From Verrucomicrobiota bacterium (lineage in GTDB: Bacteria > Verrucomicrobiota > Verrucomicrobiia > Limisphaerales > UBA8199), in assembly GCA_026397855.1 (NCBI GenBank), contig JAPLUA010000264.1, positions 1 to 63,701 on the forward strand: a stretch of 63,701 bases of DNA. The letters are read 5' to 3'. Shown piece by piece: positions 52,463 through 61,122 of the stretch. A program made the position numbers and the translations under genes. The notes below the pieces were generated by a model. The model searched no databases, was not told the origin of the DNA, and was given only the letters and a program-made list of their open reading frames with translations. The stretch's first letter is position 1. The number at the start of each line of letters is the position of its first letter.

Positions 52463-52672
52463 TCAGGACCGAACCGTCTCTTCAACGGGAACGGTTGCGG
52501 GCGCAACCGGCCCGGGGTGTGCGGGCGACGGATCGGCCTTCATCAATCCCGGCAGGAGAAAAGTGGCGGGCGAGACGCTCTGTGAGGTGTTGATGCCGCT
52601 GCATCCGGCGGCAGCCAGCAAAGCCGCCCCGCAAATAGCCAAGTGCAGAATCTTCCAGTTTATTTTCACCAA
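52463..52672 (-). CDS. small lipoprotein
   Basis: Lipobox 'LLAAAGC'. TTG or GTG start (52672 or 52669). 9 nt upstream of hpnH. Confidence 0.5.
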   Translation of the reverse strand: MVKINWKILHLAICGAALLAAAGCSGINTSQSVSPATFLLPGLMKADPSPAHPGPVAPATVPVEETVRS

Positions 52673-52863
52673 GTATCAGTATAAACCGGTTTATAGTCTT
52701 GGCAACTGCGAATTCCCGGCGAAATCTTGGCTGATGTGAGCGGGCGCGCGACGGGGGCCGATCACGTGTATCTCGCCGACGTGGTGGCTGATGCGGGCGA
52801 GAAACAGGTCGCTCGTGAACTCCGACTCTGCGGAACCTCCCTCGCCGGTTTCCCCGCCCGGCG

Positions 52864-53286
52864 TTACTGGGCAAAGGGTGCCAGCAACGTCAGCGGTTTG
52901 TCTTCGTGCTGCCGGTAAATCAGAAAGTCCCGATCGAGCGTGAAGATGCGCGCGTCGGGGGTGGATTCCGCCAAGGCCACCAGGCAGGTGTCGGCGAAGG
53001 ACATCGGCACGCTGGCATAACGCTCCATCAGCCACCAAGCTCGCAGCCACAGCCTCTGACTTTCTTCCGCCGAAATGAGGTCGCCCCTTTCAATCAAGTT
53101 GCGGGTGCGAGCCAGCGCTGTCGGATGATGGCGCACCACAAAACCCGCTTCCGCCAGGACCGCACCGCAAGTCACCATCGGCTCATGCATCCGGTGCAAT
53201 TGCGCGGAAGCCCATTGATGGCACCCCTCGCGGCGATCTGCAAGTGCCACCAGGGGACCGGTGTCCAGCAGCACTACTTCCGCCAT
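52864..53286 (-). CDS. vapC: PIN-domain toxin VapC
   Basis: 'VVLLDTGPLVAL', 'SFADTCLVALAE', 'IFTLDRDF' acidic quartet pattern. Confidence 0.85.
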   Translation of the reverse strand: MAEVVLLDTGPLVALADRREGCHQWASAQLHRMHEPMVTCGAVLAEAGFVVRHHPTALARTRNLIERGDLISAEESQRLWLRAWWLMERYASVPMSFADTCLVALAESTPDARIFTLDRDFLIYRQHEDKPLTLLAPFAQ

Positions 53287-53534
53287 TGCCCGAAGCCTTC
53301 CAGGTACTTAGGGTTCGTCGCTAGATCGCTCACGCCGCTGTCAATGCAACCGATGAAGTCCCCCATCCGCTGATACAGGCTCGGCCCATCTGCGGACCGG
53401 CCAACCTCGGGCGAGGGCAGCGCCTTTTCCAGCGCCGCGCACACAAGCTGGTCGGGCGGAACGTGCGTTTGCGCGCTCGTCGCCTCCAGCCTGGCCGCGA
53501 GGTCGTCCGACAATTCAATCGTCAGGGTGCTCAC
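53274..53534 (-). CDS. RHH/CopG-like antitoxin (VapB-like)
   Basis: GTG at 53534, 'VSTLTIELSDDLAARLEA'. 13-nt overlap with vapC. Confidence 0.65.
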   Translation of the reverse strand: MSTLTIELSDDLAARLEATSAQTHVPPDQLVCAALEKALPSPEVGRSADGPSLYQRMGDFIGCIDSGVSDLATNPKYLEGFGQWRK

Positions 53535-53665
53535 GTCCCAAATGTGCCACAGCGCCGGGGGCGTGCAAAGGGCGAACTGAAATAGGGGTCGGTTCCTGAG
53601 TATGTCATATTTCACCCGCGCGATGCTCGAAAGGGCAGATACAACGGAAGCCGGCAGCCCGCGTT

Positions 53666-54538
53666 TCAAACCGGCGCCAGGGCCATCCAGTTGCTTTGCC
53701 CGAAACGGGTCTTGAACTTCTCGGCCAGCGCTTCGGCGGCGGCCTGTCCCTCCACGATGGCAAACGTGGTGGAGCCGCTGCCGGACATGAGCGCAGCGGC
53801 CGCGCCGTTGGCACGCAGAAACTCCTGGAACATCCCCAGCAGCGGGTATTTCTCCAGCGCCGGCGCTTCGAGCGAATTGTAGAGCTCGCTGCCAGCGGTC
53901 TTGAGGTCGCCTGCCTGGAGATGGGAGACGAGCTGGCGCGCGCGGCCCGGCTGGCCGTTGAGGGCGGCAGGGAAGCGCGCGAGATTCTGGTAGGCCCATG
54001 GGGTGGCGATGCCGAAGCCGGGATGGATCAGCAGGAACACCGTGCCCTTGAGCGCCGGGAAGAAGTCGAGCGACTGAACCTGCTCGCCGCGGCCGGTCGC
54101 CAGGGCCGGGTTGCTCTGCAGGAAGAAAGGCACGTCGGAGCCGAGGAATGCGGCAATGAGCTGCAGTTTGTCCATGCCCAGCGGCCTGCCAAACAGCTCG
54201 TTCAGTCCCAGCAGCGTGGTGGCCGCGTTGCTGCTGCCGCCACCCAGGCCCGCCGCCAGAGGGATCCTTTTCTCGAGGCGCACCCGCACGCCCTCCTTGA
54301 TCTTCGTGCCTCGGAGGAACAACTCCGCTGCGCGGTAGGCCAGGTTCCGGTGGTCGGTAGGCAGGCTGGGGTCGCTGCACGTGAGTTGAATGCCCTGACC
54401 CGCCCGGGCGAAGCTCATCTCGTCGTGGACTGCCACCGGGTGGAACAGGGTTTCAAGCTCGTGAAAACCGTCCGGCCGCTTGCCCAGGATGTTGAGCAGC
54501 AGGTTCACCTTACACGGCGATTGCTTTTCCAGCGTCAT
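53666..54538 (-). CDS. ispE: 4-diphosphocytidyl-2-C-methyl-D-erythritol kinase
   Basis: 'PCKVNLLLNILGKRPDGFHELETLF', 'KRIPLAAGLGGGSSNAA'. Confidence 0.9.
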   Translation of the reverse strand: MTLEKQSPCKVNLLLNILGKRPDGFHELETLFHPVAVHDEMSFARAGQGIQLTCSDPSLPTDHRNLAYRAAELFLRGTKIKEGVRVRLEKRIPLAAGLGGGSSNAATTLLGLNELFGRPLGMDKLQLIAAFLGSDVPFFLQSNPALATGRGEQVQSLDFFPALKGTVFLLIHPGFGIATPWAYQNLARFPAALNGQPGRARQLVSHLQAGDLKTAGSELYNSLEAPALEKYPLLGMFQEFLRANGAAAALMSGSGSTTFAIVEGQAAAEALAEKFKTRFGQSNWMALAPV

Positions 54539-54628
54539 GCGGATTGCTTCATTTGCGACAAGCAGGCTAAAAAAAGAAGCGCCAACACACAAGTGTTGGC
54601 GCAGTTACCGAGAGCAACTGGGATGAAC

Positions 54629-55078
54629 TTAATGCAGATCGAAAATCTTGAAGCGGCTGCCCGGGATGAACGGCGCCACATCGCCGCCGCTGAACCCGAG
54701 GTTCACGTCGGTCGAGAACATGGAATCCGCAATCAGGCCGGGCTTGTAGCTGTCCGGATACAGGTACCAACTGTCGGGATTGACATAATCGGTGAAGACC
54801 GGCTTGTAAGGCGGCAACGGAGCCGTCACCACCTCATAAACCCCGACGCCGGTCCGCGCCACCGACTTGCAGAATCCGCGGATGAAGCCGAGGGAGTAAT
54901 TGTGTCCGGGGGTGTCAAACAGGGCGGTTTGCTCCATGGACCGCTGCATTTCCCCGAGGCGGGCGAACTCCACCGTGTTGCTGACGCCACGGCCGAGCTT
55001 CTTCTGCGCCCCGGCGCAGCCGCTGGCCAGAATTCCAACAACAGCCAGCGCGGCAAGTGAGGAAAATATGTTACGCAT
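54629..55078 (-). CDS. small lipoprotein, exosortase-system-associated TIGR04073-like family (from memory)
   Basis: Lipobox 'ILASGC', 'KKLGRGVSNTVEF', 'RTGVGVYEVVTAPLP'. Confidence 0.5.
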   Translation of the reverse strand: MRNIFSSLAALAVVGILASGCAGAQKKLGRGVSNTVEFARLGEMQRSMEQTALFDTPGHNYSLGFIRGFCKSVARTGVGVYEVVTAPLPPYKPVFTDYVNPDSWYLYPDSYKPGLIADSMFSTDVNLGFSGGDVAPFIPGSRFKIFDLH

Positions 55079-55338
55079 AAATTATCGTTTCTTGAATGCA
55101 GATTAGCCCGATTCGGAACCTTGTAAAGAGGGATTTTATTCTTTTTGGGCCCGGCGCGTTGCTGCGGATTAAACAAGCTGGCGGGTGATTCTTCAGCCGC
55201 CAGTCCTTCGTTCACCTCATTAGGCGGCATCGAACCAGCCGCTGATGTCATTAACCCCGGCCCGCCCGATTGGTTTCCTGAAAAAGTGCCCCGACGGCCG
55301 GGCTTGACGCGCCTCTGCTCCGGGATCAGACTCGCGCC

Positions 55339-56664
55339 ATGAAACGTCGCGCATTCCTCAAGTCCGTTGCCTTCACCGGCGCCGCCGGCCTGATTCTCCC
55401 TCGCACCACGCTGTTTGGCGCCAATGCTCCCGGGAACAAACTCAACATCGCCCTCCTCGGCACCTGGGGCCGCGGCGAAGCCCACTTCGCGGGCATCGCC
55501 AAGGAAAACGTCGTCGCTCTCTGCGACGTCAACGAGAAGCACCTGGCCTTTGCCGCCCAGAAATTCCCCGGGGCGACGACCTACGTGGACTGGCGGAAGT
55601 GCCTCGACCAGAAGGATCTCGACGCGGTCGTCTGCTGCACCGCCGATCACACCCATGCGTTCGTTGCGAACTGGGCCATGAACCGCGGCAAGCATATCTA
55701 TTGCGAGAAGCCCCTGGCCAACAGCGTCGAGGAGGCCCGCGTCGTCCGCGCCACCTACCTGAAGAACAAGAACAAGCTCGCCACGCAGGTCGGCACCCAG
55801 CGCCACGCCATCGAGAACTTCAACCGCGTCCGCGAAATGGTTCGCGATGGCGCCATCGGCGAACTCGTCGAAGCCTGTGCCTGGGGCAACCGGCAGCTTC
55901 GCAAGCCCGGTTATCTCCCCGCCGCCGGCGAACCGCCCGCCGACTTCCACTGGGACCTGTGGCTCGGGCCCTCGCCCGCGCACCCGTGGAATCCCGAATA
56001 CTTCTCCGGCTCCTCCGGCATGAACTGCCTGCAGTGGAACATGTATTGGGACTTCGGCAGCGGCCAGGTCGGCGATATGGGCAGCCACACCATGGACCTC
56101 GCTTGGAATGCCCTCGACGCCGGCCTCCCGGTTTCGGCTGAAGGCAAAGGCGAACCTGTCAATCCGGACGTCAGCCCCGTCAAGCTCGAAACCCACTTCG
56201 ACATCCCGGCCAACGATTGGCGCCCGGCCATCCGGCTCGCCTGGTATCAAGGCGGTGCCATGCCCGAATCCCCCTCGCCCTACGTGGATTTGAACCGCAT
56301 TGACCACGGCGCCATGTTCGAGGGCAGCAAAGGGGTCATCATCGCCGACTTCAACTCCCGCATCCTCCTGCCGCGCGGCAATCAGCCCGACATGACCTAC
56401 TATCATCCGCGCACCAAGGCCAAACTCATCCCGCCGATCGGGGATTTCCAGCAGCAATGGGTGAATGCCTGCAAAGGCAACGGCAAGACCTCCTGCGACT
56501 TTGACTACGGCAGCAAGCTCATCGAAATGATGCTGCTCGGCCTTGTCTCCTATCGCGTCGGCAAGAAGATCAAATACGACGGCACCGCTGGCCAGACAGA
56601 CGACCCCCAGGCCAACGAGCTGCTCCGCCGCACTTATCGGCCCGGCTGGACGCTCAACGGATGA
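55339..56664 (+). CDS. Tat-exported Gfo/Idh/MocA-family oxidoreductase
   Basis: Twin-arginine leader 'MKRRAFLKSVAFTGAAG'. 'LNIALLGTWGRGEAHF'. Confidence 0.85.
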   Translation: MKRRAFLKSVAFTGAAGLILPRTTLFGANAPGNKLNIALLGTWGRGEAHFAGIAKENVVALCDVNEKHLAFAAQKFPGATTYVDWRKCLDQKDLDAVVCCTADHTHAFVANWAMNRGKHIYCEKPLANSVEEARVVRATYLKNKNKLATQVGTQRHAIENFNRVREMVRDGAIGELVEACAWGNRQLRKPGYLPAAGEPPADFHWDLWLGPSPAHPWNPEYFSGSSGMNCLQWNMYWDFGSGQVGDMGSHTMDLAWNALDAGLPVSAEGKGEPVNPDVSPVKLETHFDIPANDWRPAIRLAWYQGGAMPESPSPYVDLNRIDHGAMFEGSKGVIIADFNSRILLPRGNQPDMTYYHPRTKAKLIPPIGDFQQQWVNACKGNGKTSCDFDYGSKLIEMMLLGLVSYRVGKKIKYDGTAGQTDDPQANELLRRTYRPGWTLNG

Positions 56665-56727
56665 TGGGCCTGCTCCGCCGCCTGGTCCCAGCGAAAGGCT
56701 GAGCCGGGGCCCGTGCCGCGGTCCGGG

Positions 56728-57982
56728 CTATTGCCCCTGCTTGCCGATGCAATAGAGGTTCGTGAAGCCGCGCAGGAAGACCTGGTTTCCGCTCAAGGCC
56801 GGCGAGGCGTAGGCCCCTTCGCCAAGGTCATTCCGGGCGACCAGCTCAAACTTCGGCCCCGCCTTTACCACGTGCATCACCCCCTCGTCGTTCAGGAAAT
56901 ACAGCAGTCCATTCGCGCTCACCGGCGAGGCGTGGTGCAGGCCCATCGGTTCCTTCCAGAGAATCCTGCCGGTGGCGGCTTCGTAGCAGTGCGCCGACTT
57001 GCCGACGAAGCCTGAGGTGAAGAACCAATCGCCGACCGCGATGGGTGATGGAACGTAGGGCGTCCCTTGAGCGGTCTTCCAGGCAACCTTGTTGGAGGTG
57101 ACGTTGCCCTGGCCGTCTGGCCTGATGGCCACCAGCATTTTCCCGGGCCAACTGCTGCAAGCGAGAACCAGATCCGCCTTTGGATGGTAAACCGGTGCGA
57201 CGACAAAATCGTCCGATGGGCCATCAATCATCCACAGCATCTTTCCCGTCTGCGGATCGTAGCTGGTCACCGCCTTGTCGCCCGCGGCGATCATCTGGAT
57301 GCGTCCGGCCATCTTTGCGATGAGCGGCGGACTGTAGCTTAGCGTGGGGTTCTCGCAGGCTGTCTTCCACACCGTATGGCCGTCAGCCCGGCTGACGGCG
57401 ACGATGAAGTTCTCCCCCTTGCTGTAACAGACCACGATCACCTTGTCCTCGAACAGGACGGGCGTATGGCTGAAGCCCCACTGGCTCTTGAAGTCCCCCG
57501 GACGCACCATCCAGAGCTGCTTCCCGGTGAAATCGAAGGCCGCAATGACAACCTTCTCGCCGTCGAGGAACGTGACGAAGACCTTCTCGCCATCGGTGGC
57601 GGGCGTTGCGGATGCGTAGCTGTTCTCCTTGTTCTTGGCTTCGAGGGGAGCCCGGACCACGGCCTGCTGCCAGAGCACGGCGCCTGTTTTCCGGTCCAGG
57701 GACAGGAGGATCCGGTCCTGGGTTTCCTTCAAGGCCGAGGTTACAAAGACGCGGTCGTCCCAGATAATCGGCGAGGAATGGCCTTCTCCCGGGATGGGAG
57801 TTTTCCATGCAATGTTCTCGGTCGCGCTCCAGCGGGTGGGAGGCTTCTGCTCCAGGCTTGTCCCGTCGCCCCGCGGCCCGCGCCAGCAGGGCCAGTTCTC
57901 TCCCCGGACAGAATGCGCGGCCAGGGTTAGCAGGAAAAGAAAGCCTGCACGCTTCAGGGCACAATGAATGGTTGTCAGTATC
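56728..57982 (-). CDS. PQQ-like beta-propeller repeat protein (secreted)
   Basis: 'ENWPCWRGPRGDGTS' and repeated 'W...G......P....' blades. Start uncertain: GTG at 57982 gives the signal peptide 'ILTTIHCALKRAGFLFLLTLAAHS'; ATG alternatives at 58044 and 58122. Confidence 0.75.
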
Positions 57983-58245
57983 ACGGGGAGAGTATTGCAC
58001 CCCGGCTTTCCGCGGTTCAAGCCTGGAGAGATGCAGGGCTGCATCAAGCTCTTGAGATCCATACGGCATGGATGGATGCTCCCCCAGGGAGAGATGCCGT
58101 TGAAATGCTTTAGGCGCAGCAATTCTCATTATGGCCCTGTCACCCAACGCCGGGTGTGGGCACCCGGCCAGCCCGTCTCGTCCATAATGAGAATTGCTGC
58201 TTTAAGCTTTAGCACGGCGCCTTTGGGATGTTAACTGTGCACGGC

Positions 58246-59035
58246 ATGAACCTGGCGATTGAGACGGTCGGGCTGACGCGGCGCTTCGGGAACCTGAGCG
58301 CGGTGGATGCGATTGACCTGCGCGTGGAGCGCGGAACGTTCTATGGCTTTCTCGGCCCGAACGGCGCGGTTTCTCGGCCCGAACGGCGCGGGCAAATCCA
58401 CCACCATCAAGATGCTGACTGGGTTGCTGGCGCCGACCTCGGGCGCGATGCGCTTGCTGGGAGAGGGCCTGGGCGATCCCGAACGCGCGCGCGCCGTGAA
58501 AGGGCGCATGGGGGTGGTGCCGGAGAACCTGGCGCTGTTCGAGAATCTCACCGCGCGCGAATACCTTACTTTCATTGGGCGGATGTATCTATTGCCCGAG
58601 GCCACTGTCCGGGAGCGAACGGATGAGCTGCTCTCCATGATGGAGCTGGCCCGGGAGGAGAAGAAGCTGGCGCTTGAATACTCGCACGGCATGAGGAAGA
58701 AGCTCGCGCTGGCGGCAGCCCTGCTGCCGAACCCGGAGCTGCTTTTCCTGGATGAGCCGTTTGAAGGGGTGGATGCCGTTGCGTCGCGGGTATTGCGCGA
58801 CACGCTCAAGCGCGCGGTGGAGCGCGGGGCGACGGTATTCCTGACCTCGCACGTGCTGGAGATCGTCGAGAAGCTCTGCACCCATGTCGGAATCATTGCC
58901 CGGGGCAAGCTGGTGCACCAGGAGTCAATGGCTGCCGTGCGGGAGAAAGGCTCGCTGGAGGAGCGGTTCCTGGCGGTGGTCGGCGCGGACCAGTTCGAGC
59001 CGCAGAAGCTGAGCTGGCTGGAGGGTGGACGGTGA
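58246..59035 (+). pseudogene. ABC transporter ATP-binding protein, frameshifted by a 22-bp tandem duplication in the Walker A codons
   Basis: 'MNLAIETVGLTRRFGNLSAVDAIDLRVERGTFYGFLGPNGA' (ORF 58228-) continues as 'GPNGAGKSTTIKMLTG...LSGG-like...LLFLDEPFEGVD' in ORF 58307-59035. Confidence 0.85.
58348..58391 (+). repeat. perfect 2 x 22-bp tandem duplication (frameshifting) in the ABC ATPase P-loop
   Basis: TTTCTCGGCCCGAACGGCGCGG at 58348-58369 is repeated exactly at 58370-58391. Confidence 0.95.
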
Positions 59036-60759
59036 AGTGGCAACAGCTCCGGGCCATTCTGTGGCTGCGCTGGAGGTTGACGAGGAACCAGTTCACGCGC
59101 GCCGGCAAGGTCAACGCGGTGCTGTCCGCTATCGGGGTTGCGGCAATGCTGCTCGGCGCCGTTGCCGCGGGCTTGGGGGGCGCGGTCGGGGGCGCATTTG
59201 CCGGAGCGAAAGCCCCGCCCGAAGCCCTGCTGGCTATCTGGGATGGAGTGGTGTTTGCCTTCCTGGCCTTCTGGCTGAGCGGGCTGATGGTTGAGATACA
59301 GCGTTCCGAGAGCATTGACCTGTCCAGGTTGCTGCACTTGCCGGTGACGTTCCCCCAGGTGTTCGGCTTCAACTATGCGGCCTCGCACCTCACGCCCGGC
59401 ATTGTGGTGATGCTGCCGGGGATGCTGGGGCTCTGCGCCGGGCTGGTGTTTGGGGCGGGGCCTGCGATGGCGCTGCTGGTTCCGCTGGTCCTGGGCTTTG
59501 TGTTCATGGTGACGGCGTGGACCTACTGCGTGCGCGGCTGGCTGGCGGCGCTGATGGTGAACAAGCGCCGGCGGCGCGCAATTGTTGTCTGGGTAACCAT
59601 CGCATTTGTAGGCATCTGCCAGCTCCCCAATTTCCTCCTGAACTCGCCCTACGTTCGCAAGCAGATGCGATCGGGCCATCTCGATCGGCGAACACCCGGG
59701 CAGGCTTTGCCGGAGCCGGTACTGCAGGCGCACCTGGTCCTGCCGCCCGGCTGGATCGGCTACGGAGCGATGGCTCTCAAGCAGGGGAATGCGTGGCCGG
59801 CTTTGTGGGCAACGGCGGCAAGCTGCCTCATTGGCGCCCTGGGGCTGATGCGGGCATATCGCCTGACAATTCGCTTTTACCAGGGTGCGGACGGGCGGGC
59901 GGAGCAAAAGCCGGTGGCGCCGGGGGAGCCCGGGGCGCCGGCGCGGCGCGGGCTGCTGCTCGTCGAGCGCCGCCTGCCCTGGCTGCCGGACGACACGACA
60001 GCGCTGGCGCTTGCCACCTTCCGATCGCTGTCGCGCGCCCCGGAGCTGAAGATGGCTTTCATCATGCCGATCGTGCTGGGGCTCATGGGCGTCTTTACGC
60101 ACTTTACCCGCTCGCGGCATTCGTGGACGGGGGTGCCGGAGCTGTGGACAGGTTTCGTGGTCGCCGGGGTCGCGGTGGTCGCCATGTTCTCGTTTGCCCA
60201 CATGATGGCGAACATGTTCGGACTGGACCGGAGCGGGTTTCGGGCGCTGGTGCTCCTGCCGACCCGGCGGCATCACATCCTGCTGGCCAAGAACCTGGCC
60301 TTTTTGCCGTTCGCCCTCGCGGTGGCCCTGGCCATGCTGGCTGGGATCCGGTTCCTCGTTGCGGCCTCCTGGACGACACTGCTGGCCGGTGTGTTGCAGG
60401 CCGGGGTCGCGTTCCTGCTGCTCAGCCTCGGGGGTAATTTGCTTTCCATCCTGGTGCCTTATCGCATGGCGACGGGCACGCTCCAGGCGAGTAAGCCCAA
60501 GGCCATGGCGATCCTTGCCGGGCTTGGCACGCTGTTGTTTCTTCCGCTCGTCATGCTGCCCATGCTGCTGCCGCCCGCGTTGCAGCTCCTGTGCTCCTTC
60601 TTCAATTGGGTGCCCTGGCTCCCGGTAAACCTGGTGGCGACGCTTGGCTTTCTTGCGATCTCCGGCTCGCTTTACTGGCTGCTGCTGCCGATGGAAGGAC
60701 GCCTGCTCGAACGGCGAGAGCAGATCATCCTGCGTGAGGTGACGGAGGAGGTCGAGTAA
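59032..60759 (+). CDS. polytopic ABC-2-type transporter permease-like membrane protein
   Basis: 575 aa with more than 10 hydrophobic segments. GTGA overlap with the ATPase gene. Confidence 0.65.
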   Translation: MKWQQLRAILWLRWRLTRNQFTRAGKVNAVLSAIGVAAMLLGAVAAGLGGAVGGAFAGAKAPPEALLAIWDGVVFAFLAFWLSGLMVEIQRSESIDLSRLLHLPVTFPQVFGFNYAASHLTPGIVVMLPGMLGLCAGLVFGAGPAMALLVPLVLGFVFMVTAWTYCVRGWLAALMVNKRRRRAIVVWVTIAFVGICQLPNFLLNSPYVRKQMRSGHLDRRTPGQALPEPVLQAHLVLPPGWIGYGAMALKQGNAWPALWATAASCLIGALGLMRAYRLTIRFYQGADGRAEQKPVAPGEPGAPARRGLLLVERRLPWLPDDTTALALATFRSLSRAPELKMAFIMPIVLGLMGVFTHFTRSRHSWTGVPELWTGFVVAGVAVVAMFSFAHMMANMFGLDRSGFRALVLLPTRRHHILLAKNLAFLPFALAVALAMLAGIRFLVAASWTTLLAGVLQAGVAFLLLSLGGNLLSILVPYRMATGTLQASKPKAMAILAGLGTLLFLPLVMLPMLLPPALQLLCSFFNWVPWLPVNLVATLGFLAISGSLYWLLLPMEGRLLERREQIILREVTEEVE

Positions 60760-60935
60760 GCCGGCGCAGGTCGCGCGCACCCGCTGTCCTGTGCCTCCGA
60801 ACCGGGGTGGCCCAGGGACATCTCTTGCAGGCGCAACGCTCCCTTTCCCATGTCAGGAAAGGGTCCTGCGAGCCGCTCCGGGCGATTCCTGCCTCTCCCG
60901 GAATCGGGGGAAAAGCGCAAAAACCCCTTATTCCC

Positions 60936-60990
60936 TTCGAAGCCCCTTCGAGACCCCATCGAAGCCCCATCGAAGCCCCGTCGAACCATC
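60936..60990. repeat. 11-bp tandem repeat (consensus ATCGAAGCCCC) x5, degenerate at the ends
   Basis: TTCGAAGCCCC, TTCGAGACCCC, ATCGAAGCCCC, ATCGAAGCCCC, GTCGAACCATC. About 130 nt upstream of the DPD-like gene. Confidence 0.85.
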
Positions 60991-61122
60991 ACGCCAGCAG
61001 CACCCGTGCAACAAGCTCCAACCCGGCGAGACTCCGGCCCGGCCCTGGCTCGCCTGCCGCCAATACAGGGTCAGCAATGGCCAATAAGAGTGTGGTTGCA
61101 ACCCCCGTTTCCGGCTGTCATC

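Noticed and set aside
52678-52705. Promoter TTGCCA-N16-TATACT (minus strand) for the lipoprotein-hpnH-hpnJ unit
   Set aside because: The -10 box ends only about 6 nt from the putative TTG/GTG start, implying a leaderless mRNA on a non-ATG codon. Too speculative to list as a feature.
54826-56457. 543-aa ORF antisense to the Tat-exported oxidoreductase
   Set aside because: Shadow ORF. The plus strand has a twin-arginine leader and a Rossmann motif.
58231-60780. 849-aa minus-strand ORF over the ABC transporter genes
   Set aside because: Arg/Gln/His/Pro-rich with no domain. The plus strand encodes Walker A/B and a polytopic permease.
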